DNA of 64,000 bases from a bacterium (lineage in GTDB: Bacteria > Omnitrophota > Gorgyraeia > Zapsychrales > Zapsychraceae): contig JAUIER010000015.1 of NCBI GenBank assembly GCA_030429765.1, forward strand, positions 31,079 to 95,078. The letters run 5' to 3'. Below are positions 48,879-58,203 of this stretch, piece after piece. Position 1 is the first letter of the stretch. The number at the start of each line of letters is the position of its first letter. The notes under the pieces are model-generated. The model ran no database searches and had not been told where the DNA came from. It saw only the letters and a list, made by a program, of their open reading frames with translations. The translations under genes were made by a program, and so were the position numbers.

Positions 48879-49645
48879 GACATTTGCCTCTCAGTTAAAT
48901 AATCTCTGATGATCGCTTTATGGTCAAAGGCATATGAACGGTTCAACAGCTCCGTGTAAGGAATGATCTTGAGTCCCCGAGCATCATCCCCGAACTGCGG
49001 CTGTCCGATCCCCCGCCCGATAAATACCGTGGAACTAGTCTGAAACCGCGGATCACGTCCCGGTGTGTCATACACCCGGAACTGTCGGACGTCAGCCAAG
49101 TCCATATTGGTCTCTTCTTTAGCCTCGCGGATAGCGGCAACCTGCGTTGGCTCACCAGCATCAATAAACCCGCCCGGCAGGGCCCATCCATATGGCGGAT
49201 TGGATCGCTCGATCAGGATGATCCCGTGCTCGAGCTCAATGATCACGTCCACCGTCGGGAAAGGCTCCTGCCCCAGTCCATTTTCCATATGCCGGACATA
49301 TCCTTCAAACGTGGACTGATATGTCTCAAGAACACGGCGATCTGAAATGTAAATCAAGATCTCCCGGAATGAATATTGACCAGCCTTAACGACCTTCATT
49401 AATTCCTGCGCCGCGATCTTTGCCGCGCCAATCACGGGAAAGTCGGGATAACGATTATCAAGCCCCGCCATCTCAAACTCCTCAATCTGACGGCTGACCG
49501 CCCGGTCCAACATCAAGCGAATCCGTTCACGAAACTGATCCTGCATCGCGGCCAATTTTTCCGTCGACTCTTCCTGTTGCCGCGCGGGGCTATCCGGCGT
49601 TGCAGACGGACTTTGGAAAACAACATTGATCGACTGAATCTTCAT
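48875..49645 (-). CDS. NUDIX hydrolase with an N-terminal extension
   Basis: C-terminal Nudix box (GGFIDAGEPTQVAAIREAKEETN). Confidence 0.7.
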   Translation of the reverse strand: MKIQSINVVFQSPSATPDSPARQQEESTEKLAAMQDQFRERIRLMLDRAVSRQIEEFEMAGLDNRYPDFPVIGAAKIAAQELMKVVKAGQYSFREILIYISDRRVLETYQSTFEGYVRHMENGLGQEPFPTVDVIIELEHGIILIERSNPPYGWALPGGFIDAGEPTQVAAIREAKEETNMDLADVRQFRVYDTPGRDPRFQTSSTVFIGRGIGQPQFGDDARGLKIIPYTELLNRSYAFDHKAIIRDYLTERQMS

Positions 49646-51097
49646 CTACGCTCCTGCCATCTTTCGGGCCAGCTCGAGGGCCTGCGCCTTGGACTTGATC
49701 TTGCCCAACACATGCTGTTCCTGAATTTCATCCAGGATCTGACCAATCAGCGGTGATCCTTCCGTCTTCAGGGCCTTCATGATATCACGTCCATTGACCA
49801 ATGGAACATACGGCTTTTGCCGCTTTTGCTCGAGATAGCGCTCGATAAGCTGACGGCAAATGGTCTCATGATGGGCTTGATCGGCCTCGGTCGTTAGCGG
49901 ACCGCGCGTTGAGCGTTGATCAGCCAGGGACAACAGCAAAATACTGATCACCTCATCACCCGCATCACGAAAGTAACGGTACACCATTCGTTCGCTGGGG
50001 GTTTTATAGTTTGATAAATATCCCGGACGCAGATGCATCTGCACCATGTCTTCCAGCAAATGCCGCTCCCGGGTAGAAATCCGTAACATTTTCGAGATTC
50101 CTTTAACGATATACCGCCCGACATTTTCATGTCCATGAAACGACAACCGTTCACCCTTCTTTTGACGCGTGTCCGGCTTGCCGATGTCGTGGAACAAAGC
50201 CGCCAGCTTCATTAGTGATCGTCGGGAATGTCCTCCCCCGATGACCGCGTCCAGATATTTTACAATCTCCGGATCTGTTTCATCGCTTAAAATCAAATCC
50301 AATTGATGGACCACCTCCAGCGAGTGCTCCCAGACATCCAGATGGTGATACCCGCCCTGTTTGCAGTTATACATCACCGATACTTGAGGAATCACCCGAT
50401 CCAGCAGCTCGTGCTTGTCCATCGAGCGCAGGATCGCGGCCGTCTTCTCGGACTCGAGGACCTTAAAGAGCTCTTCCCGAATCCGTTCGTAGGATACGTC
50501 ACGGATTGAATCCTTCTCCCGCGCAATCTGCTCAAGCGTCCGCGGCTCGATCTCAAAACCCAAATTAGCCTGCAAACCAAACGCCCGCATCATTCTAAGC
50601 GGATCATCCCGGAACGAACGAGCGGAAACGCGCCGGATGACACCGGCGCGGATGTCCTTAAGCGCTGATTTGAAATCACGTATCGCCGCGTTGAGATCCA
50701 TGCCGGGCCGAATATCGTTGAGATCGAGAGTCAATGTATTGATCGTAAAATCACGCAGCGCTAAATCCTCTTCAAGGGTAGCCGCACGAAATTCCGCAAA
50801 GTCATACGTCCACAACTGTCCCTTCACCTTCTTGGCCACCCGCGCACAGCCTCTGTCCTCATCCAGGACGATATACGCCCCGCGAATCTCATCGGCCAAT
50901 GCCTCTGCCAGTTTCAACGCACCGCAGCTGACGGCAAAATCAAAATCACTGAGAGGACGTCCGATGATATGATCCCGCAGACAACCGCCGACAAGGTAAA
51001 CCTTGATCCGCTTACGCTTCGCGAGCTTCTGAATGTCGATTAAAACCGGATGTTCCGTTAACAATTCCATAAACAATAAAATGAGCAGCCTGAACAC
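49646..51097 (-). CDS. CCA tRNA nucleotidyltransferase / poly(A) polymerase family with an HD domain
   Basis: PolyA-polymerase head domain (GGCLRD..DFDF) and HD (LFHDIGK). Confidence 0.8.
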   Translation of the reverse strand: MFRLLILLFMELLTEHPVLIDIQKLAKRKRIKVYLVGGCLRDHIIGRPLSDFDFAVSCGALKLAEALADEIRGAYIVLDEDRGCARVAKKVKGQLWTYDFAEFRAATLEEDLALRDFTINTLTLDLNDIRPGMDLNAAIRDFKSALKDIRAGVIRRVSARSFRDDPLRMMRAFGLQANLGFEIEPRTLEQIAREKDSIRDVSYERIREELFKVLESEKTAAILRSMDKHELLDRVIPQVSVMYNCKQGGYHHLDVWEHSLEVVHQLDLILSDETDPEIVKYLDAVIGGGHSRRSLMKLAALFHDIGKPDTRQKKGERLSFHGHENVGRYIVKGISKMLRISTRERHLLEDMVQMHLRPGYLSNYKTPSERMVYRYFRDAGDEVISILLLSLADQRSTRGPLTTEADQAHHETICRQLIERYLEQKRQKPYVPLVNGRDIMKALKTEGSPLIGQILDEIQEQHVLGKIKSKAQALELARKMAGA

Positions 51098-51148
51098 TAA
51101 CCCTAACGGATAGAATTTCGCAAACTGCTCACATAATCAGATTTAAAA

Positions 51149-51556
51149 TTAAGATGTCTTAAAAACCGAGGCCTGATCGATCACTTCCTCGGCCACGAAA
51201 ATATCAGACCCCGTTCGCACCGCCAATGCCACACCGTCGGACGGCCGGGCATCAACCAGGATCTTCTTACCATTCTTCATCTCAAGCTCAAGCTTGGCGT
51301 GAAACGTGTTGTTCTGCATCTTATCGATGATCAAATTCTTGAGTTTCGCCCCCAGACTTTCAATCGTCGAGACAAGCAGGTCGTGCGTCATCGGACGCGG
51401 CGGCTCCACCCCAGACAGTTTCATTTTGATACTGGACGCCTCCAGAAATCCAATCACAATCGGAAACTGGCGATCGCCTTCCTTTTCCTTGAGGACGATA
51501 ATCTGGTCCTGGCGTTTTTCGTCGATAATAATCTTGCTGAGTTCTACTTGAATCAC
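51149..51556 (-). CDS. Bifunctional nuclease family protein (DUF151)
   Basis: 135 aa with PIVIG..EA, MTHDLL and ARPSDGVALA segments typical of BFN/DUF151. Confidence 0.65.
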   Translation of the reverse strand: MIQVELSKIIIDEKRQDQIIVLKEKEGDRQFPIVIGFLEASSIKMKLSGVEPPRPMTHDLLVSTIESLGAKLKNLIIDKMQNNTFHAKLELEMKNGKKILVDARPSDGVALAVRTGSDIFVAEEVIDQASVFKTS

Positions 51557-52020
51557 TTTTTAATCTTCTCCTTATCGAGCATTCCTTTGAGCTCGTTCAT
51601 AAACTGAGAGACGTCCTTGAATTGACGGTATACCGAAGCAAACCGAACGTAGGCCACTTCATCAATACCAGCCAACCGTTCCATGACGACCTCACCGACA
51701 TCACGCGTGTCGACTTCCCGCTCATAATTTTTCTGAACGAATCGTTCGACCCCGTTAGTGACATCCTCGATCGTATCGATACTGACCGGACGTTTTTCAC
51801 AGGCCTTCAAAAGCCCGGCGATGATACGCTTACGGTCAAACGGCTGACGCCGCCCGTCCCGTTTAATCACCATTAACGGAACCTGCTCGACATATTCGTA
51901 GGTGGTGAACCGATGCTGACACTTCAAACATTCCCGCCGGCGTCTGACCGAATTTCCTTCACCGCTCAAACGTGAATCAACGACCTTGGTTTCTTTGTAA
52001 TTGCATGATGGACATTTCAT
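51553..52020 (-). CDS. nrdR: Transcriptional repressor NrdR
   Basis: Begins MKCPSCN.. with a zinc ribbon and an ATP-cone. Confidence 0.9.
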   Translation of the reverse strand: MKCPSCNYKETKVVDSRLSGEGNSVRRRRECLKCQHRFTTYEYVEQVPLMVIKRDGRRQPFDRKRIIAGLLKACEKRPVSIDTIEDVTNGVERFVQKNYEREVDTRDVGEVVMERLAGIDEVAYVRFASVYRQFKDVSQFMNELKGMLDKEKIKK

Positions 52021-52059
52021 GGTTTAGCTCGCATAAGTGTATCCGTCCGTCACAGCATA

Positions 52060-53334
52060 CTACAGATCGCTGTAGATGGGAAACTTTTTGGTCAGCTCAT
52101 CCACCCCGGCCGACACGGCCTTGAGCTCTTGGCTGTTATCACGGTTCATAATCGCCCGATCAATCAGCTGAGCGATTGTCCGCATGTCATCGGCCTTCAT
52201 GCCGCGCGTCGTGACCGATGGCGTTCCGATCCGCAAGCCGCTGGTCACCATCGGCTTTTCCGGATCAAACGGAATCAAATTCTTGTTCACAGTTATACGC
52301 ACCTCATCCAGCACCGTGGCCGCCTCGTTCCCCTTGACATTTTTGGGACGAAGGTCGACGAGAAACAGGTGATTATCCGTCCCGCCCGAGACAATTCGAT
52401 ATCCCAATGACGACAACTCGTCCGCAAACGCTGCCGCGTTATCCACGACTTGCTGCTGATACGCCTTGAAATCAGGACTTAATGCTTCCTTAAAGGCCAC
52501 GGCCTTGGCGGCGATCACATGCATCAACGGTCCGCCCTGCGTCCCCGGAAAGATCCGCGAATTAATCTTCTTGGCCCACTCTTCCTTGCAGATGATTAAT
52601 CCGCCTCGAGGTCCGCGCAATGTTTTGTGGGTCGTCGTTGTGACGAAGTCCGCGTAAGGGACTGGGCTCGGGTGAATCCCGGCCGCGACCAGTCCGGCGA
52701 TGTGCGCCATGTCCACGAACAGATACGCACCAACTGAGTCGGCAATTTCCCGAAACTTTTTAAAATCGATAATTCGTGGATACGCCGAAGCACCGGCCAC
52801 GATCATCTTGGGTTTGTGCTCCTGGGCCAACCGGTTGATTTCTTCATAATCAAATCTCTCGGTCTCGGCATCGACTTGATACGAAACAAAATTGTAGGAC
52901 AAGCCGGAAAAGTTAATCTTAAGCCCGTGCGTCAAATGTCCGCCGCTGGCCAGGTCCAATGCCAGAATCGTATCGCCGTACTGCAGCGCCGCCAGATAAA
53001 CCGCCGCGTTGGCCTGTGATCCCGAGTGGGGCTGCACATTGACATGATCCCCGCCGAAGATTCGCTTGGCCCGCTCAATGGCCAGGTTTTCCACCTGATC
53101 AACATACTCGCATCCATCATAATAGCGTTTGCCCGGATATCCCTCGGCATACTTGTTGGTCATGACGGAACCCTGAGCCTCCATCACCGCCTGGGTGACG
53201 ATATTTTCGGACGCAATCAATTCCAGATTATCTTGCTGACGTTTAAGCTCATCACAAATCGCCTGATACACTTCAGGATCAGAATCTTGTAAATATTTCA
53301 TCGACTTCCTCTTTTCTAGCTGGGTTTCAATCAT
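52060..53334 (-). CDS. glyA: Serine hydroxymethyltransferase
   Basis: PLP-lysine region (..[13 protein letters not shown]..). The true start may be the internal MKYLQD at 53301. Confidence 0.95.
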   Translation of the reverse strand: MIETQLEKRKSMKYLQDSDPEVYQAICDELKRQQDNLELIASENIVTQAVMEAQGSVMTNKYAEGYPGKRYYDGCEYVDQVENLAIERAKRIFGGDHVNVQPHSGSQANAAVYLAALQYGDTILALDLASGGHLTHGLKINFSGLSYNFVSYQVDAETERFDYEEINRLAQEHKPKMIVAGASAYPRIIDFKKFREIADSVGAYLFVDMAHIAGLVAAGIHPSPVPYADFVTTTTHKTLRGPRGGLIICKEEWAKKINSRIFPGTQGGPLMHVIAAKAVAFKEALSPDFKAYQQQVVDNAAAFADELSSLGYRIVSGGTDNHLFLVDLRPKNVKGNEAATVLDEVRITVNKNLIPFDPEKPMVTSGLRIGTPSVTTRGMKADDMRTIAQLIDRAIMNRDNSQELKAVSAGVDELTKKFPIYSDL

Positions 53335-53788
53335 TCTGACTAATATCCGCGCCGGTCTCCATCTGCCGGATCAAATCCACCCGACGCTGATGCCGACCGC
53401 CTTCAAATTCAGTGGACAGCCACACTTTAACTATTTCCTCAAGATCTTCCGACTTTATAAACTTGGTGCTCAGCACCAGCACGTTCGCGTTATTGTGCTG
53501 ACGTGACAAGGCCGCCGCCTCGGCATTGTAACACAACGCCGCCAGGACACCGTCTATCTTGTTGGCCGCGATTGCCTGGCCGATACCCGACATGCAAATC
53601 AGTATTCCGCGGTTCTCCGGATGACCGGCCACGGCCGTACCGACCTTATACGCAATCTTCGGATAGTCACAACTCGACTCCGAATACGTCCCCACGTCTT
53701 CAATTGAATAACCTAACTGGCTGACAATCGCCTTAACTGCATCTTTGGTTTGCAGTCCGCGATGGTCCGCTCCGATATAAATCTTCAC
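53327..53788 (-). CDS. rpiB: Ribose-5-phosphate isomerase B
   Basis: RpiB/LacAB family ([18 protein letters not shown]). Confidence 0.85.
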   Translation of the reverse strand: MKIYIGADHRGLQTKDAVKAIVSQLGYSIEDVGTYSESSCDYPKIAYKVGTAVAGHPENRGILICMSGIGQAIAANKIDGVLAALCYNAEAAALSRQHNNANVLVLSTKFIKSEDLEEIVKVWLSTEFEGGRHQRRVDLIRQMETGADISQND

Positions 53789-53822
53789 CTACTGCTCCTT
53801 TATCTTCCCGTCTGAAGGCTAA

Positions 53823-54884
53823 TTAAATCAGACCGACAATCTTGTCAATCGCCTGCTCAATGACACCCAGACAACGTTGATACTCGTCTCGATCCCGCCC
53901 GATCGGATCGGGAATGTCTAGATCCGCTAAAAGACTTCCGGCCTCTGCCGCAAATTCTTTCAGCAGATAAATCTTTTTTTCAACCTCAGGGATCCGTGAC
54001 AATACCTGCTGGCGATGACCGCGAGTCATCACAAAAATCAGATCAGCCTTCTTCAGCAACACGGTGTTGATCGGCTGGGATAAATGTTCGGTTGCGTCGA
54101 TGCCTTTATTGCCCAGAACCGCCATCGTTTCGGCGCTCGCCTTGGCCTGCAAAAACACACTTGTTCCCGCCGAGCAGACCTCAATGTCGTCACGATCCTG
54201 GACCTTATGGGCCAGCAGAAAATGCGCCATAACCGATCGGCAACTGTTGCCCGTGCAGACAAATAAAATGGTTTTTCGCTTCGCTAAAGATTCGATGTCC
54301 TCTGTCGCAATCACGCCTTCCCTGAGAACTTTAGGCTGATCCTGAGTCAGATCAACAACCGTCGACCCTTGTCCAAACTCAGCCGGTCCGCCGTCAATCG
54401 CTAAATCAACATACCCGTCAAGGTCCTCGAGGGCCTCCTGGACCGTCTGCGGCGGTTTCTTACCCGCCAAATTTGCCGATGGCGCAACCACTTGCCCTGG
54501 AATCTCGGCGATCAAACGGCGCGCGATCATATTGTCCGGGACCCGCAGACCGATGGTCTTGCCCTTCTCCTTGGAATCGACCACAACCGTCAAAGGACCT
54601 GGCCAATACCGGTCGATCAGTTTATAAAGAAACGGACTTTGCGATGCGGTGTAATTGGAAATCAGTTCTTTTTGCGAAATTACCGTCGAAAATGGCTTAT
54701 CCGAACGCTCTTTAATTGATCTGAGACGTTCCATGGCATCTGAACGCGAGGCATCCGCGGCAATTCCATAGACCGTTTCCGTCGGAAAAATAACCAACCC
54801 CCCATTCCGGATCACGTTGGCGCATCGATGAATGCTTTGCAAATCAGGAAATTCAGGATGAAGTGTTATGACATCTGTTTTCAA
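53823..54884 (-). CDS. Fusion protein: L-threonylcarbamoyladenylate synthase (TsaC/YrdC domain) + low-molecular-weight protein tyrosine/arginine phosphatase
   Basis: The N-terminal ~200 aa is a YrdC domain (VIFPTETVYGIAAD). The C-terminal ~150 aa is an LMW-PTP with the CX5R P-loop (LFVCTGNSCRS) and the DP catalytic Asp. Confidence 0.75.
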   Translation of the reverse strand: MKTDVITLHPEFPDLQSIHRCANVIRNGGLVIFPTETVYGIAADASRSDAMERLRSIKERSDKPFSTVISQKELISNYTASQSPFLYKLIDRYWPGPLTVVVDSKEKGKTIGLRVPDNMIARRLIAEIPGQVVAPSANLAGKKPPQTVQEALEDLDGYVDLAIDGGPAEFGQGSTVVDLTQDQPKVLREGVIATEDIESLAKRKTILFVCTGNSCRSVMAHFLLAHKVQDRDDIEVCSAGTSVFLQAKASAETMAVLGNKGIDATEHLSQPINTVLLKKADLIFVMTRGHRQQVLSRIPEVEKKIYLLKEFAAEAGSLLADLDIPDPIGRDRDEYQRCLGVIEQAIDKIVGLI

Positions 54885-54983
54885 TGGTATCCTTATCGTC
54901 TGGACAAAGCGCTACCCACGTCCTGAACAATCGATCAATTCGTCACATATAAATGCCGGTTTGATTTGAATCTTAAAGCCGGC

Positions 54984-56276
54984 TTATCGTTGCGTTGAAG
55001 CCTGGCTGATATGGATAAAGGCCTTGGCGCCGATATCCCGACGGAAGAAACAACTTTCAAAATGTATTTTTTCAACGGCCTTGTACGCGGAATCTATAGC
55101 GGCCTGAAGCCCCTTGCCCAGGGCCGTGACACCCAGAACACGTCCTCCGCTGGTTACGATCTTGCCATCCTCCAGTTTGGTTCCCGCGTGAAAAACGACG
55201 CTCTCATTTTCCGCGGCGGCATCCAGCCCGGTGATTTCGTACCCGGTTTTATATTCACCCGGATAACCTCCCGAACTCATCACCACGCAAACACAAGACT
55301 TCTTATCCCAGTCCAGCTCAAATTCATTTAATCGCTCTTCACAACTGGCCAGTAGTATCGGGACCAGATCATTCTTTAAGCGCGGCAGTACAGCCTGTGC
55401 TTCCGGATCGCCGAAACGCACATTGTATTCCAGCACCAACGGTCCTTCCTTAGTGATCATCAAACCCGCGTACAACACCCCTTTAAACGGCGCGCCCTCA
55501 CGGTTCATCCCGCGAATGGTCGGTTCGATGATCCGTGCCTCGATCTTATTGATCAGCTCGGACGTCAAAATCGGCGCCGGTGAATAGGCCCCCATACCGC
55601 CCGTGTTCGGCCCCAGATCCTCGTCGAAGATACGTTTGTGATCCTGTGATGATTCCAGCAGGATATAATCCTGACCATCACAAATCGCCAGGATAGAAAC
55701 TTCTTCACCTTCCAGACATTCCTCAATGACAACCTTGTTGCCGGCATCCTTGAATACCTTGTCCTGCATGATCTGCGTCAGCGCCTTCTGCGCGGCGTCT
55801 TTATCTTTACAAATAATGACCCCTTTACCCGCGGCCAAACCATCGGCTTTGACCACTAACGGAAACTGAGCCTGCTCGATAAAATCCAGCGCTGTCTGAA
55901 AATCGTCAAACGTCTTAAATGCCGCCGTGGGGATATTGCATTTATGCATGAACTCCTTGGAGAAAACCTTACTCGCCTCCAGACGGGCCGCCGACTTGCT
56001 CGGCCCGAAAACTTTCAGCTTGTTGACCTGAAAGTGGTCGACAATCCCGTCGACCAATGGCGCTTCCGGACCGATGATGGTCAGATCAATCCTTTTCTCC
56101 AACGCGAAATTGACCAGACGCTCCGTGTCGTTTGGCTGAATATCCACGCATTCGGCAATCTCCGCGATGCCGCCGTTGCCCGGCGCGCAGTATAAATCCT
56201 TAACCAATGGACTCTGTTTGATTTTCCAAGCCAATGCGTGCTCTCGACCTCCAGAACCAACGATTAGAATCTTCAT
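54984..56276 (-). CDS. purD: Phosphoribosylamine--glycine ligase
   Basis: ATP-grasp fold. Begins MKILIVGSGGREHALAWK. Confidence 0.9.
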   Translation of the reverse strand: MKILIVGSGGREHALAWKIKQSPLVKDLYCAPGNGGIAEIAECVDIQPNDTERLVNFALEKRIDLTIIGPEAPLVDGIVDHFQVNKLKVFGPSKSAARLEASKVFSKEFMHKCNIPTAAFKTFDDFQTALDFIEQAQFPLVVKADGLAAGKGVIICKDKDAAQKALTQIMQDKVFKDAGNKVVIEECLEGEEVSILAICDGQDYILLESSQDHKRIFDEDLGPNTGGMGAYSPAPILTSELINKIEARIIEPTIRGMNREGAPFKGVLYAGLMITKEGPLVLEYNVRFGDPEAQAVLPRLKNDLVPILLASCEERLNEFELDWDKKSCVCVVMSSGGYPGEYKTGYEITGLDAAAENESVVFHAGTKLEDGKIVTSGGRVLGVTALGKGLQAAIDSAYKAVEKIHFESCFFRRDIGAKAFIHISQASTQR

Positions 56277-56329
56277 AAAACTCCTTCACTGATTAGTCTG
56301 TTCATGATGAATATTTGGATAATGTGAGA

Positions 56330-57331
56330 CTATTGAAACACGACACGCCTGGATTTGTGATCCACGACCTGTCCAATAATCGAGTAGTTGACCTGTTTGC
56401 GGGTCAGCAGACTTTCCACCCGGGAAACATCCCGCTGAGCGATCACCGCCGCCAATCCGATCCCCATATTAAACGTGCGGTACATCTCCGAATCATCTAT
56501 TTTACCTTTTTTCTGAATGATTTGGAAAATTTTCGGAACCGGCCAGCTTCCCTTATTTATAGCAAAACATTTGCCTTTGGGAAGGACTTTGGTCAGTTTT
56601 TCATAATAGGCTCCGCCGGTAATATGTGCAATCCCCCGGACTTTGACATTTTGTGTCAATAAAGCGATTTCATCGGCGTAAATCCTCGTCGGGGCCAGCA
56701 GGTCCTTGATATGCTTTTTCTGCATCGCGGGTGACAGCACCGACCGGACCAGCGAATATCCGTTGGAATGGATCCCATTCGACGGAAATCCGATCAGGAC
56801 ATCACCGCTCTTGATGCCGGCTCCGTCAATTATCGCCTTCTTCTCAACCACACCCACCGCAAAGCCGGCCAGGTCATATTCGTCTGCCTTGTACATGCCG
56901 GGCATTTCTGCCGTTTCACCGCCGATCAGACTGCAGCCGGATTGCTGACATCCCTTGGCAATCCCTTTGACAACGGCCTTCAGCACCTTAGGATCGAGCT
57001 TACCGCAGGCGATATAATCCAGAAAAAACAGCGGCTTGGCGCCGACACACAAGATATCATTGACGTTCATCGCGACCAGATCAATACCGACCGTGTGGTG
57101 AATACCATGTTTCTGTGCGAGCAGTAATTTCGTACCAACTCCGTCGGTTGATGAGACGATGACGGGATTCTTGTATTGCCCTTTGGCCAGCTCAAATAAC
57201 CCGCCAAACGCGCCGTCACGTTTGAGTACGCCGGCCGACATGGTTTTCTTGATGTCGCCCTTGATCGCGTCTACAAACTTGTTGGCCTTGTCGATATCAA
57301 CGCCGCTGGACTTATAGGTTTTACTCGCCAT
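56330..57331 (-). CDS. purM: Phosphoribosylformylglycinamidine cyclo-ligase (AIR synthetase)
   Basis: PurM N- and C-terminal domains. Confidence 0.9.
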   Translation of the reverse strand: MASKTYKSSGVDIDKANKFVDAIKGDIKKTMSAGVLKRDGAFGGLFELAKGQYKNPVIVSSTDGVGTKLLLAQKHGIHHTVGIDLVAMNVNDILCVGAKPLFFLDYIACGKLDPKVLKAVVKGIAKGCQQSGCSLIGGETAEMPGMYKADEYDLAGFAVGVVEKKAIIDGAGIKSGDVLIGFPSNGIHSNGYSLVRSVLSPAMQKKHIKDLLAPTRIYADEIALLTQNVKVRGIAHITGGAYYEKLTKVLPKGKCFAINKGSWPVPKIFQIIQKKGKIDDSEMYRTFNMGIGLAAVIAQRDVSRVESLLTRKQVNYSIIGQVVDHKSRRVVFQ

Positions 57332-57355
57332 AAAAGATTATTGTGTTATCTACGT

Positions 57356-58168
57356 TTAGAGAAGGTGCTCCAACACATACTCGACACCGTTCTCAAAAAT
57401 TTTCGCGCCGGATCCATACGTACTCCCGTTGGAAACCCGCGTCCAAAACGGATGCTGTGTATGAAAAAAATGCCGTTCCGGATGCGGCATCAATCCCAGG
57501 ATACGCCCGGTCCGATCCGTAATGCCGGCGATGTCCGCCACCGATCCGTTGGGATTATCTGGATACGCGGGACTGTTACCTTCAAATGTGCAGTACCGAA
57601 AGGCGACTTGCTGATGGCCTTCGAGTTTTTTGAGATCATCAGCCGCCAACATAAATTTACCTTCGGCATGCGCGACAGGAAAATACACCACCTCATCAAG
57701 CCCTCGCGTCCACACACTGTGCCCTTCAACTTTGAGATACGACCAGCGATCTTCAAACTTTCCGGAATCATTATTGGTCAGCGTCGCGATCTGATGCGAA
57801 TCATGTGCGGCCTCCGACTGGTGATCCAGCGGCCCCGGCAACAATCCGGCCTTGATCAGCACCTGAAATCCATTACAAATCCCGATGATCAACTTGCCGT
57901 CGCCGATAAACTGACATAAATCCTCTCCCAAATGCAGCCGCAACTCATTGGCCAAAATCCTGCCCGACTCTATGTCGTCTCCATATGTAAATCCGCCCGG
58001 TAACGCCAGAATATGGTAGTCCTTGAGGTGGATATTCTTCTTGTACAATTGTTCGATGTGCACACGATCGACCTCCGCACCAAAATGGGCGAAAGCAAAT
58101 GCCGTCTCTTCGTCGCAATTGGTGCCGGCGGTTCTCAGGACCAGGACTCGGGGTTTTGACTTGGACAT
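57356..58168 (-). CDS. purQ: Phosphoribosylformylglycinamidine synthase glutaminase subunit
   Basis: Class I glutamine amidotransferase (..LPGGFTYGDD.. catalytic triad region). Confidence 0.85.
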   Translation of the reverse strand: MSKSKPRVLVLRTAGTNCDEETAFAFAHFGAEVDRVHIEQLYKKNIHLKDYHILALPGGFTYGDDIESGRILANELRLHLGEDLCQFIGDGKLIIGICNGFQVLIKAGLLPGPLDHQSEAAHDSHQIATLTNNDSGKFEDRWSYLKVEGHSVWTRGLDEVVYFPVAHAEGKFMLAADDLKKLEGHQQVAFRYCTFEGNSPAYPDNPNGSVADIAGITDRTGRILGLMPHPERHFFHTQHPFWTRVSNGSTYGSGAKIFENGVEYVLEHLL

Positions 58169-58203
58169 ATCTTATAACTGTATTTGGATTACTTAATGTT
58201 TAA

